From NCBI GenBank assembly GCA_964565685.1, contig CAZMFR010000004.1, positions 5,077 to 69,076 of the forward strand: a DNA stretch of 64,000 bases, read 5' to 3'. A model generated the notes under the pieces. That model did not search any database, was not told where the DNA came from, and saw nothing but the letters and a program-made list of their open reading frames with translations. The DNA is from an uncultured Candidatus Saccharibacteria bacterium (lineage in GTDB: Bacteria; Patescibacteriota; Minisyncoccia; Phycocordibacterales; PALSA-1337). Positions 36,166-45,701 of the stretch are shown here, piece by piece. The translations under genes and the position numbers were made by a program. Positions within the stretch are counted from its first letter, which is position 1, and each line of letters begins with the position of its first letter.

Positions 36166-36636
36166 ATGACAATCCTCGGTATAGACCCCGGCTATGATCG
36201 TATCGGCATAGCTATAGTTGAAAAAATCAACGGTCGTAATATCCTGCTTCATTCAGAATGCTTTACTACGAGCTCAAAATTACCTTTTTATGATCGGCTT
36301 GTAAAAATCCAAGATCGGATCTCGGCGATAATTGCTAAATTCAAACCTGATGTGCTTTCTATAGAAACCCTGTTTATCACAAAAAATCAAAAAACCGGCA
36401 TGCGAGTAGCGGAAGCAAGAGGCGCTGTAGCGGTAGCGGCATCAAAAATGGGCATCGAGGTATTTGAGTACTCTCCACCAGAGATAAAAGCGGCGATCAC
36501 TAGCGACGGCAGGAGCGACAAGACACAAATGGTAAAAATGATCCCCATTCTCATAAAAATGAGTCCTGGAAAGCGCCATGATGATGAATATGATGCCATT
36601 GCTGCGGCATTGACCCATTCTGCCAGAAGCCGTTGA
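36166..36636 (+). CDS. ruvC: crossover junction endodeoxyribonuclease RuvC
   Basis: ILGIDPG N-terminus and RNase H-like fold motifs. Confidence 0.9.
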   Translation: MTILGIDPGYDRIGIAIVEKINGRNILLHSECFTTSSKLPFYDRLVKIQDRISAIIAKFKPDVLSIETLFITKNQKTGMRVAEARGAVAVAASKMGIEVFEYSPPEIKAAITSDGRSDKTQMVKMIPILIKMSPGKRHDDEYDAIAAALTHSARSR

Positions 36637-36791
36637 TGGTTATCCACAACTAGCCCTTGTCCAATTATTTATATTTGTTACAAAGTACGGACAGAGTTTA
36701 GAAAACCATTAAAATCACATGGGTTGTAGGATATGTTTATTATATCAATCTTACCTTGTGGGCTTTCTAACTTTATGAGCTTATAACTACC

Positions 36792-36992
36792 ATGCCTAAA
36801 AACAAAAAAACCAAGCAACAAAATATTTCAATAAACACAGGAGAACCGATCGAGGAAAAAGATTTGGACATGAATCCTGCGCCAGTATTAGATCCCCTGT
36901 CTGGTCTAGAAGACGATGAAAAAAAAGATGACGATGAATTAGACATAGATGATGATGACATAGATCCATTCAAGGACAAGTGGGAGGAGTAA
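36792..36992 (+). CDS. hypothetical small highly acidic protein
   Basis: 66 aa with a D/E-rich tail. Confidence 0.35.
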   Translation: MPKNKKTKQQNISINTGEPIEEKDLDMNPAPVLDPLSGLEDDEKKDDDELDIDDDDIDPFKDKWEE

Positions 36993-37104
36993 AAGTAAAC
37001 GCAAAGTGTAAATATCAAAATTTAAAATGACAATGAAAAAAATTCAAATCGCAGATATTTTAATCTTTGATTTTCAATTTTAATTTTTACATTGTTTGTC
37101 TTGA

Positions 37105-38364
37105 TCATTGTATTATTGTGTCACTGATTGTTATTGTGATGAACCTCTTTTTTCCAACCCTTACCGTTCCGGTTTCTTCTATTTTGAAGTCATAATCCGA
37201 AACAGTTTCGTTCTTGCCAACATATGAAATAGCATTACCATCTACCAGGCGGCGAAAATCTCCTTTTGACGAAACGATCTTTTCGCGCAACAGGACATCG
37301 ACTAGTTTATCGCCATTTTCTGCCGTGGTCTTGGCGGCATCTTCTGGGATCGCGCCTTCTTTGAATATGGAGAAGAACTGCTCGCGCGCTTGGCTAGATT
37401 TTTCCCTGCCATAGACGTTCGCCACAATTTCCTCGGCCAATCTGGCTTTGAAATCGCGCGGATTAGAGCCGTTCTTCATTTTTTCTTTCATCGACTCTAT
37501 CTCATTCATCGGTACATCGGTTAGAAGCTCAAAACCAGTGGCGATGAGTCCATCCGACCAGCTCATGACCTTGCCGAACATATCAGTGGATGTCTGATCT
37601 AAACTAACCATATTGCCTTCTGTTTTCCCCATTTTCTTGCCGCTTTGATCGACCAGAAGCTTTGTGGTCAAGACGAATTTATCCTTGCCAGACAAAGCTT
37701 TGACCAGATCTCTCCCCGCGAGCATGTTAAAAGTCTGGTCATTGCCGCCGATCTCGCCGTCGACATCCATCGCCACGCTGTCATAACCTTGCATCAATGG
37801 ATATAAAAATTCGTGCAAGTAGACCGGCTTGCCTTCGCTCATCCTCTTTTCGAACATGTCTCTCTTTAACATCTGGTCGACGGTCGTATGCGAAGCCAGC
37901 TTGACCACATCTTCGAAAGAAAGCTTGCCCAACCACTTCGAGTTAAATCTTATTTCCGCTTTGTTGTAGCCACTGAAATCTATAAAATGCCCGGCCTGCT
38001 CTTTGTATTTCTTGCAATTATTCAGGACTTCGGCGCGAGTCAATTGTTTTCTGGCGGCTGTTTTATCCGTAGGGTCGCCTATCATCGCAGTAAAGTCGCC
38101 GATCAGAAAAATTATTTTGTGACCGAGCTTTTGCAGCTGGCCAAGCTTGCGGATCGGTATCACATGACCCAGGTGGATATTCGGCCCGGTCGGGTCGACT
38201 CCTAGATAGACAGTGAGCCGTTCTCCTTTTTTTAAAGAAGACTTGACGGCTTCTATATTCGGGAAAACATTCTCGACCCCACGAGTTAAAAATTCGTTCA
38301 AGGCAGAATCATCGGTAACCGGTTGTTTCCCATTCGACAAAGATTTTCCTTTAAATAAATTCAT
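37105..38364 (-). CDS. tyrS: tyrosine--tRNA ligase with C-terminal S4 domain
   Basis: HIGH-type motif HLGH and KMSKS-type motif KMGKT. Confidence 0.9.
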   Translation of the reverse strand: MNLFKGKSLSNGKQPVTDDSALNEFLTRGVENVFPNIEAVKSSLKKGERLTVYLGVDPTGPNIHLGHVIPIRKLGQLQKLGHKIIFLIGDFTAMIGDPTDKTAARKQLTRAEVLNNCKKYKEQAGHFIDFSGYNKAEIRFNSKWLGKLSFEDVVKLASHTTVDQMLKRDMFEKRMSEGKPVYLHEFLYPLMQGYDSVAMDVDGEIGGNDQTFNMLAGRDLVKALSGKDKFVLTTKLLVDQSGKKMGKTEGNMVSLDQTSTDMFGKVMSWSDGLIATGFELLTDVPMNEIESMKEKMKNGSNPRDFKARLAEEIVANVYGREKSSQAREQFFSIFKEGAIPEDAAKTTAENGDKLVDVLLREKIVSSKGDFRRLVDGNAISYVGKNETVSDYDFKIEETGTVRVGKKRFITITISDTIIQ

Positions 38365-38412
38365 GCCAATACTTTATCACAGACCGGTTTTTTAGACGAG
38401 AACACAATGTGC

Positions 38413-38418
38413 TATAAT
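38413..38418 (+). promoter_or_regulatory. -10 box TATAAT, 6 nt before the PBP ATG
   Basis: read directly; anchored to the ORF track. Confidence 0.35.
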
Positions 38419-38424
38419 TTTAGA

Positions 38425-41064
38425 ATGTCGTTTAAAAAAAGCGTCTCCCGATGGTGGCACCGTGTGACTCGTATGGAAAAAAGACATTGGAAAGGACTGA
38501 TTTTCAGTGTCTTTTCGCTTGTTCTGATCGTTGGCGGGTTGGTTATAATATGGATTTCTACCTTGCAGATTCCGGATCTATCTTCTTTTGAGACGCGCCA
38601 AATATCTCAATCGACAAAGATATACGACAGAACCGGCACGGTGCTTTTATATGACGTGAATGCTGGTTCAAAGAGGACCGTTGTGCCATTATCATCCATT
38701 TCTCCATACATTCAGGACGCCACCATAGCCATCGAGGACGAAAATTTCTACAGTCATGGTGGCATTGATGTAAAATCAATTTTCCGTGCCTTGTTGACCG
38801 ATTTAACCCACGGAGGAGTAAAGCAGGGAGCTTCAACCATCACTCAACAGGTGATAAAAAACGCTATTTTAACTAGTTCACAGACTTTTACAAGAAAGAT
38901 CGAGGAGGCCATACTCGCCATAAAACTAGAGCATGCGATGACCAAGGATCAGATCCTAGAAACATATCTGAACGAGGCGCCGTATGGTGGAAATATCTAT
39001 GGAGTTGAAGAGGTAAGCGAAACGTTTTTTGGAGTGTCGGCTTCTAGCACAGATATCGCCGAGGCGGCATATCTGGCGGCAGTGCTACAGGCACCGACTT
39101 ATTATTCCCCTTATGGATCGAACAAAAGCGCTCTCGATGCTCGCCAACATTTGGTTTTGGAAAAGATGAAAGAAAATAATTTTATAACCGCTGACCAATA
39201 CAAAGCGGCTATGGCTGAAAACGTCACGTTTTTAGAAAAAAGCTTAAGCGCAATCCGTGCTCCGCACTTTGTGATGTATGTAATCAATGAGCTCATAGAT
39301 CAATATGGCGAGGATATGGTTGAAAACGGCGGATTAAAGGTGACAACGACTCTCAATTACGATATGCAATCGAAGGCGGAAGATGTGATATCGAAGTTCG
39401 CTCCTACATTACAGTCGAATTTTGACGCCAGCAATACTGCTATGGTCGCCATAGACCCAAAAACCGGAGACATCCTGTCGATGGTCGGGTCGAGCAATTA
39501 TTTCGATAGTTCGATCAATGGAAGCTTCAATGTCGCCACCGCATTGCGCCAGCCGGGCTCGACTTTCAAACCGTTTGTCTACGCGACCGCCTTCGAAGAG
39601 GGCTTCACACCCGATACAGAGCTTTGGGATATACCAACCCAATTCTCGCCGCAATGCAATCCTGATGGGACGACAAAAGACCCGAATGCCAGTTCGACAC
39701 AAATATGTTATTCGCCTGCCGAGTATGACAGTACTTATGATGGACCAGTCACGGCACGCTATGCTCTACCACAGTCGAGAAATATCCCTGCTGTGGAGAT
39801 GCTCTATCTCGCTGGCATGAAGCAATCAATAGACACGGCTGAGGCGATGGGTATCACTACACTGACCGACACCTCGAACTATGGTTTGTCTCTCGTTCTT
39901 GGAGGTGGTGACGTCACCTTGCTCGACCTTACTAGCGCCTACGGAGTCTTTGCAAATGACGGCATCAGAAATCCATATAGGTCCATACTAGAAGTCGATG
40001 ACAGCCAGGGTAACATACTCGAACAGGCATCATTGAATCCAATACAAGTCATACCAGCCCAGCAAGCACGACAGATAAACCAGATCCTTTCCGATCAAAC
40101 CAATGGTATGCATAGTATCGACGCCTTGACGGCTCCATTGGATAGACAGATCGCTGTCAAAACAGGCACCACCAACAACTACCGCGACGTTTGGACAATG
40201 GGTTATACACCAGACATCTCTGTCGGTTTCTGGGCTGGGAATAATAACAACGCACCTATGAACGACGCAATTTCTACACTTATAATCACACCTGTTTGGG
40301 CGGCTTTTATGACAGAGATAAATGATTCTGTGCCAAAGAACGATTTTGTCGCTCCAAACCCAGAGCCAACGAATCTAAAACCAACTCTGCGCGGCATTTG
40401 GCAGGGCGGTGCTTCCTATTTCATCGATACTGTCTCTAACAAAGTAGCGACACAGTACACCCCGCAACAAACAACAAAAGAGATAGTCTTCCCGAGCGTA
40501 CACAATCCTCTACAATGGATAGATAAAAGCAATCCACAAGGACCAATCCCGACCGATCCCCAAAATGACCCTCAGTATGCAAATTGGGAGTACTCGGTCA
40601 GACAATGGTTTGCTAACTATCAAAAAACCCACCCAGAATTTGTCGAGACAAATGATTTCACTGCGCCAACAGCCACAGATGACGTCCATGTGCCAGCAAA
40701 TTTTCCTGTCGTATCGATAGTTTCTCCGTCAAGCGGAACAGACATCGATCCGGATAGCCGCGTGACTGTCTCCATAAGCACAACGGGGCCATATCCCATA
40801 CAAAAAGCGGATCTGTATATAAACGGGAATTATATTACCTCTAACACCATATCACCATTTAACATGAGCTTTACCCCAAATGATATCTCCGGCATACAGC
40901 AAAATAATTCATTAGAAGTCCTAGTGCACGATTCTGTTTTTGACCAAGGATCGGCCACAACGACTTTCGCAATCATACCAATGTCAAACACAAGTCAGAA
41001 CAGCCAGATTGATCAGAGTTCGACAACAGAAGACCAAGGATCTAGCACAAACAATAATATATAA
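38425..41064 (+). CDS. class A penicillin-binding protein (glycosyltransferase plus transpeptidase) with a C-terminal extension
   Basis: GT51 motifs (EDENFYSHGGID, TITQQ), transpeptidase motifs STFK and KTGT. Start at the second ATG (Met 7 of the track ORF). Confidence 0.85.
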   Translation: MSFKKSVSRWWHRVTRMEKRHWKGLIFSVFSLVLIVGGLVIIWISTLQIPDLSSFETRQISQSTKIYDRTGTVLLYDVNAGSKRTVVPLSSISPYIQDATIAIEDENFYSHGGIDVKSIFRALLTDLTHGGVKQGASTITQQVIKNAILTSSQTFTRKIEEAILAIKLEHAMTKDQILETYLNEAPYGGNIYGVEEVSETFFGVSASSTDIAEAAYLAAVLQAPTYYSPYGSNKSALDARQHLVLEKMKENNFITADQYKAAMAENVTFLEKSLSAIRAPHFVMYVINELIDQYGEDMVENGGLKVTTTLNYDMQSKAEDVISKFAPTLQSNFDASNTAMVAIDPKTGDILSMVGSSNYFDSSINGSFNVATALRQPGSTFKPFVYATAFEEGFTPDTELWDIPTQFSPQCNPDGTTKDPNASSTQICYSPAEYDSTYDGPVTARYALPQSRNIPAVEMLYLAGMKQSIDTAEAMGITTLTDTSNYGLSLVLGGGDVTLLDLTSAYGVFANDGIRNPYRSILEVDDSQGNILEQASLNPIQVIPAQQARQINQILSDQTNGMHSIDALTAPLDRQIAVKTGTTNNYRDVWTMGYTPDISVGFWAGNNNNAPMNDAISTLIITPVWAAFMTEINDSVPKNDFVAPNPEPTNLKPTLRGIWQGGASYFIDTVSNKVATQYTPQQTTKEIVFPSVHNPLQWIDKSNPQGPIPTDPQNDPQYANWEYSVRQWFANYQKTHPEFVETNDFTAPTATDDVHVPANFPVVSIVSPSSGTDIDPDSRVTVSISTTGPYPIQKADLYINGNYITSNTISPFNMSFTPNDISGIQQNNSLEVLVHDSVFDQGSATTTFAIIPMSNTSQNSQIDQSSTTEDQGSSTNNNI

Positions 41065-41115
41065 TCACATATAGATATATATGTCGTTGTATTTTTAACT
41101 GTTTGTTTTCTATTA

Positions 41116-41370
41116 TCACCTTATATCAAAAACCTTTCTCGTTGTCTTCTCTCTAATTTTTTCTAAAAGCGCTTCTTTTTTAAGGAGAACAGCGCTTTTC
41201 ACAGCGGGCGATATCCTCAAGAATATCGAGTTGCTCGAGTATGATATTGATAGAGGGTCTAGCTCGAATCTCAAAACCTCTCTGAACGAATCGGCTACAG
41301 CGGTACGAAAAACTATCTCTTCCAGCTCCTTGCTTTTCCATCTTGTAAAAAAAGAGCTTATTCCTATCAT
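41116..41370 (-). CDS. DUF721-like small protein, as commonly found downstream of dnaN
   Basis: position and size; weak motif similarity. Confidence 0.35.
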   Translation of the reverse strand: MIGISSFFTRWKSKELEEIVFRTAVADSFREVLRFELDPLSISYSSNSIFLRISPAVKSAVLLKKEALLEKIREKTTRKVFDIR

Positions 41371-41466
41371 AGTGTTTGTTTTTTATTATAAATAAATCGC
41401 GAGAATAAAAACTATGACTATCCTGATTTAATTTTAATATTAGGTGTCAGAACTCTTGACTCACTG

Positions 41467-41517
41467 TGTCTATCCATGCCTGTCGGCAGATAGACAGCAA
41501 GCATGCGGTAGGCATGG
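41467..41517 (-). other. interleaved inverted repeats (A TGTCTATC, B CCATGCCT, A' GATAGACA, B' AGGCATGG) with pseudoknot-like topology in the dnaN-downstream intergenic region
   Basis: read directly from the sequence. Confidence 0.3.
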
Positions 41518-41540
41518 CACTTTCGACTTTTGATTTATTA

Positions 41541-42644
41541 TCACCTATTCATCGGCATGACTAGGTATCTAAATGACTGATCAGAGTTTGGTGTGATCAG
41601 AAGCGGCTTGTTCATACCGCCGAAATGCAACGATACACTGTCAGAGTCGATGGACTGCAGACAATCGCTGATGTATTTTTGATTAAAGTTTATCGTCAGC
41701 TTCTCTCCTGTTATAGCCGCGTCAATAGCAGTGGTGTTTTCTCCGATATCGCTGTTTTTTGTCGATAATTCGAATTTTTTCTCTGATGGATTGATTGAAA
41801 AATTGCTTTGATTGAATTTGTCTGAAAAAACATGAGATATCTTCAAGGCATTCATGATGTCTTGTTTTAAACAGACAATCTCAGTGCTATATGACTTTGG
41901 AATAATCTGTTTATAATCTGGAAAAACACCGTCAATGATTCTGGAAACAAGATATGTGTTCTCAAAGGAAAAAGAAATCTGGTTTTTATCTAGATTAACC
42001 TCTACTTGACCTGTGTTTTCAAGGATTCTTATTATTTCTGGGACTGATGAAAAAGGTATTAGGATACCGCCGAAATCCTTTGTTTTTTTCATTTGGATCT
42101 TTTTTTCTGCCAATCTAAACGAATCAGTAGCGGCAAAAACGACGAATTCTCCGTCACAATTCACATAAACACTCGATAGCTCAGGTTTTACAGATGAAAC
42201 CGATGAGCTGTACCAAACCGACTTTAATCCTTTAACAAAATCTGATCCTTGGATGGAAAAAGTGTTTTTTGATTGAGAATGAGGAATGATCGGAAAATCG
42301 TCTTTTGGTATTGTTTTTATAGATCCTACTGCAGAACCAGCGACTATTTTTACGATACCATCATTAGTTTCGACTTTTACAGCTTTGTTCGAATCTGGAA
42401 TATTAGAAAGAAATGCTGATATAACTCCAGCTGGGATAGCACATGAACCAGCTTCCTCTATTTTTGCTGGTATGATCATTTCAAAACCGAGATTAAGATC
42501 TGTCGATTTTATTATAATAGAGTTTTTGTCTATCGTCTCAAAAAGCAGACAGGATAAAATCGGCATAGTCGATTGGCGTTTTATAATTCTTTCTGCTGTG
42601 GATATCGCTAATTTTATTTTATTGTGAACAGTTTCTATTTTCAT
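41541..42644 (-). CDS. dnaN: DNA polymerase III beta sliding clamp
   Basis: 367 aa with the three-domain clamp architecture. Confidence 0.9.
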   Translation of the reverse strand: MKIETVHNKIKLAISTAERIIKRQSTMPILSCLLFETIDKNSIIIKSTDLNLGFEMIIPAKIEEAGSCAIPAGVISAFLSNIPDSNKAVKVETNDGIVKIVAGSAVGSIKTIPKDDFPIIPHSQSKNTFSIQGSDFVKGLKSVWYSSSVSSVKPELSSVYVNCDGEFVVFAATDSFRLAEKKIQMKKTKDFGGILIPFSSVPEIIRILENTGQVEVNLDKNQISFSFENTYLVSRIIDGVFPDYKQIIPKSYSTEIVCLKQDIMNALKISHVFSDKFNQSNFSINPSEKKFELSTKNSDIGENTTAIDAAITGEKLTINFNQKYISDCLQSIDSDSVSLHFGGMNKPLLITPNSDQSFRYLVMPMNR

Positions 42645-42876
42645 GTTTATATAATACTTATTATTACTATTATGATTGTGGATATGTTGATAAGTCCATT
42701 ATATTATTATTTGTAGCCATTGTTTTTGATATGACGGTGTTGATTAATATCTGAATACTTTTTATAAATATATATTTGTTTTTATTTTTTTATAAATAAG
42801 CTTTTTTATCTACACTCGAGCACTTTTTAATCACTGGTTTTCAACAACATTTCACCAAACATACGCAATGAGTTAT
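42645..42876. other. AT-rich dnaA-dnaN intergenic region with DnaA-box-like 9-mers (TGTGGATAT, TGTTGATAA, TTATCTACA twice)
   Basis: matches to TTATCCACA with no more than one mismatch, read directly. Confidence 0.5.
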
Positions 42877-44223
42877 CTACATCATGGCGCGTATTTGTGA
42901 AAGCTCTTGGAGAAGGATAGGATTTGTCTTTAACTCGTTTTTTATCTTCTCACAAGAATGAATCACAGTGGTGTGGTCTCGACCGCCGAGCTTTTCCCCT
43001 ATAGATGGGAAAGAAATATTCAGATCTTCCCGTAAAATATACATTATCACCTGTCTCGGTTTCACAACTTCTTTTTTACGAGTTTTATTATATATGATGT
43101 CCTCGCTTATATTGTAAAATTCAGCTATTGTTTTTACAACGTCTTTTACTGAAACGTTCTTCTTTGGTTTTGCGCTGTTTTTTAGAAGGTTTTTTATTTC
43201 CATAGCAGAAAGAACGCGCTCTTTTAGCTGGGTTTGGCACACAATGGTGTTTATGGCGCCTTCTAGCTCTCTGATGTTAGGATTTATTGAATCTGTCAGG
43301 AATTGAATGATCTCATCATTGAGCGATATGTTGTTTGTCAGACATTTGGCTTTTAGTATAGCCATTCTAGACTCTCTATCCGGTTCAGGTATGTCGACGA
43401 TCATACCGGAGGTAAATCGATTCCTGAGGCGTTCCTGGATGCCTGGTATGAAATTCACATGCCTATCTGATGAAAAAACCAGTTGTCTGTCGGTGTCCTT
43501 GAACGTGTTGAACAGATGGAACATCTCTTCTTGGGATTTTTCTGTGCTGGAGAAAAACTGGATATCATCCATGATGATGACGTCGTATTTTCTGTACTTT
43601 TCCTTGAACTGGTTTGCTTTGTTATTTTGGACGGAAGCGATATATTCCATCACAAAACGCTCTGAGGTCAGATAAAAGACTTTTTTACCAGGAAAATCCT
43701 TTTTTATATGGTTCCCCACTGCCTGCATGAGGTGTGTTTTTCCGACGCCGGTCGGTCCGTACACAAACAGCGGGTTGTATGATTTGCCAGGAGTCTTGAC
43801 CACCGATCTTGCGGCAGCATGGGCGAGCTCGTTGAACGGTCCGACCACAAAAGAATCAAAAGTATACCGCGGGTTCAGATTATCGTCCTTGTTTATATAA
43901 AAATCATGCAAAGGCATGCTGATCGTTGCCTGTGGGGCCGGTTTTCTCTGATCTGATGATTTTTTGTCCTCAGTTTCCTTTGTGATGATGTACTCTAAAG
44001 ATCTGATCGAAGAGTTCGCCTGGCGGAAAGAGCGCAAAATGGTGTTGTGGTATTTTTTATACAGCCATTCTTGGACAAAATTGTTCGGTACGGCCAGAAA
44101 AACAGTGCCGTCTTCCTGGCGCAACACATTGACTTCCTTGAACCACATAGAATATGTCGATTGCGACACTGAGAGCTCTATATCGAGAAGCGCCCGCTCC
44201 CAAATTTGTTGTAATTCGTTCAT
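42877..44223 (-). CDS. dnaA: chromosomal replication initiator protein DnaA
   Basis: AAA+ Walker A GPTGVGKTHL and the C-terminal DnaA-box-binding domain. Confidence 0.9.
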   Translation of the reverse strand: MNELQQIWERALLDIELSVSQSTYSMWFKEVNVLRQEDGTVFLAVPNNFVQEWLYKKYHNTILRSFRQANSSIRSLEYIITKETEDKKSSDQRKPAPQATISMPLHDFYINKDDNLNPRYTFDSFVVGPFNELAHAAARSVVKTPGKSYNPLFVYGPTGVGKTHLMQAVGNHIKKDFPGKKVFYLTSERFVMEYIASVQNNKANQFKEKYRKYDVIIMDDIQFFSSTEKSQEEMFHLFNTFKDTDRQLVFSSDRHVNFIPGIQERLRNRFTSGMIVDIPEPDRESRMAILKAKCLTNNISLNDEIIQFLTDSINPNIRELEGAINTIVCQTQLKERVLSAMEIKNLLKNSAKPKKNVSVKDVVKTIAEFYNISEDIIYNKTRKKEVVKPRQVIMYILREDLNISFPSIGEKLGGRDHTTVIHSCEKIKNELKTNPILLQELSQIRAMM

Positions 44224-44468
44224 GAAATAAAATTATTAAACCGATTTAAATTAAAAAATAAATACGCTATCAGTATACGCCTGTTTATAAAATAGCAAAC
44301 TTGTGGAAAACATACATATATGTTGATAAGTTGTGGATTATTTCTCTACTAGGCATCATTATTGAAAATAATTCAAGTTGAATTTTTGCGACCGCGGTGA
44401 TCAGGGTAAAAACTTGTGTTTTTGTGCGTCATGCTCTATAGTGTTCATGACTCTATATAAATAAATCG
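44224..44468. other. candidate oriC: AT-rich region with three DnaA-box-like 9-mers within 40 bp (TTGTGGAAA, TGTTGATAA, TTGTGGATTA) between divergent dnaA and rpmH
   Basis: read directly; canonical dnaA/rpmH synteny. Confidence 0.55.
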
Positions 44469-44603
44469 ATGTCATTCACCTATAATCCAAAAAAGAGAAA
44501 GCGCGCCCGTTCCCATGGTTTTAGAGAAAGGGTAAAAACAACAGCCGGCAAGAACGTCATAAAGCGCCGTCGCGCAAAAGGCCGCCGTAGATTGGTAGTA
44601 TAA
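44469..44603 (+). CDS. rpmH: 50S ribosomal protein L34
   Basis: translated by hand: [44 protein letters not shown]. Too short to appear in the ORF track. Confidence 0.85.
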   Translation: MSFTYNPKKRKRARSHGFRERVKTTAGKNVIKRRRAKGRRRLVV

Positions 44604-44604
44604 T
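44599..44604 (+). promoter_or_regulatory. -10 box TATAAT overlapping the rpmH stop codon, 8 nt before the rnpA ATG
   Basis: read directly from the sequence. Confidence 0.3.
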
Positions 44605-44612
44605 CACGCGCC

Positions 44613-44948
44613 ATGCTCGCAAAGCATAATCGGCTTCTAGTAAAGGATTTCGATCTGGTCATCAAATCTGGACGAGAAACCTACTCGCCATTTTTCTCGA
44701 TCAAATATGTGCCTGCTGCCACCCTTAAATTTTCTCCTGTGGCACCCAAAAAGATATTTAAAACAGCCGTTTCAAGAAATCGTGCCCGCCGTAGGGTATA
44801 CGCCGCTGTCAGAGAGATCCTTTTTTCTAAAAAGATTGACCGATTCTCTATTGTGCTTTTTTTGAAAAGAGATATTAGCGATATCGATAACCAGCATCTA
44901 ATTAGCGCTATCAGAGATCTATTTGTGCAAGCGCGCCTAATAAAGTAA
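44613..44948 (+). CDS. rnpA: ribonuclease P protein component
   Basis: basic 111-aa protein with the RNase P protein motif KTAVSRNRARRR, in canonical position after rpmH. Confidence 0.85.
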   Translation: MLAKHNRLLVKDFDLVIKSGRETYSPFFSIKYVPAATLKFSPVAPKKIFKTAVSRNRARRRVYAAVREILFSKKIDRFSIVLFLKRDISDIDNQHLISAIRDLFVQARLIK

Positions 44949-44957
44949 AATACACCC

Positions 44958-45701
44958 ATGTTTTCTTCGATAGCCCATTTATATAATATTGTCATTTATA
45001 TTCCGTTGTACAACGGCTTAATCTGGCTCATAGATATCTTTCCATGGATGGATGTTGGCGTCGCTATCATTGCTTTTACCATCATCATCCGGCTTGTCCT
45101 GTTCCCTCTTTCAAAAAAATCGATAAAAACACAGATCAGAATGCGTGAAATACAGCCGGAAATAGCCGCTGTACAGAAAAAATACACAAACAAGCAGGAG
45201 CAGATGCAAAGGACGATGGAACTGTACAAAAAGCACGGTATTCGTCCATTGGCTGGCTCGCTCGTGCTATTTATTCAATTGCCGATCCTCCTCGGTCTGT
45301 ATTATGTCTTTGCCAGATCTGGTTTGCCGACTATAAATACGAGCATTCTATACTCATTCATCCGTATCCCTACGATAAACATGAATTTTATCGGTCTTCT
45401 CGATATGTCAAAGATAAGCATAATCATGGCAGCTATCGCCGCCCTGTCGCAATACCTACAGTTGAGATTTTCTCTTGCCTCTCAGCCGCAGCCGACCGTA
45501 GAAGGCGTTAGTAATCCTGCCGCCGCTATGACAAAGCAGATGCGATATCTGATGCCGGTCATGATTTTTATTCTGGCATTTCGTTTCCCCGCAGCCATAT
45601 CTCTGTATTGGGCGATCGGAAATCTTTTTATGTTGGGGCAAGAACTATTCGTCAGGTTTCATCACGAAAAGGACAAGAGGAGGGCGATAGGGCTTGCTTA
45701 G
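44958..45701 (+). CDS. yidC: membrane protein insertase YidC (short YidC/Oxa1 form)
   Basis: five transmembrane helices, conserved region LAGSLVLFIQLPILLGLYY, synteny. Confidence 0.85.
   Translation: MFSSIAHLYNIVIYIPLYNGLIWLIDIFPWMDVGVAIIAFTIIIRLVLFPLSKKSIKTQIRMREIQPEIAAVQKKYTNKQEQMQRTMELYKKHGIRPLAGSLVLFIQLPILLGLYYVFARSGLPTINTSILYSFIRIPTINMNFIGLLDMSKISIIMAAIAALSQYLQLRFSLASQPQPTVEGVSNPAAAMTKQMRYLMPVMIFILAFRFPAAISLYWAIGNLFMLGQELFVRFHHEKDKRRAIGLA

Noticed and set aside
36641-36649. Perfect DnaA box TTATCCACA directly after the ruvC stop
   Set aside because: It is a single isolated box 7.6 kb from oriC. It is probably a chance occurrence or a minor regulatory site, so it is not annotated.
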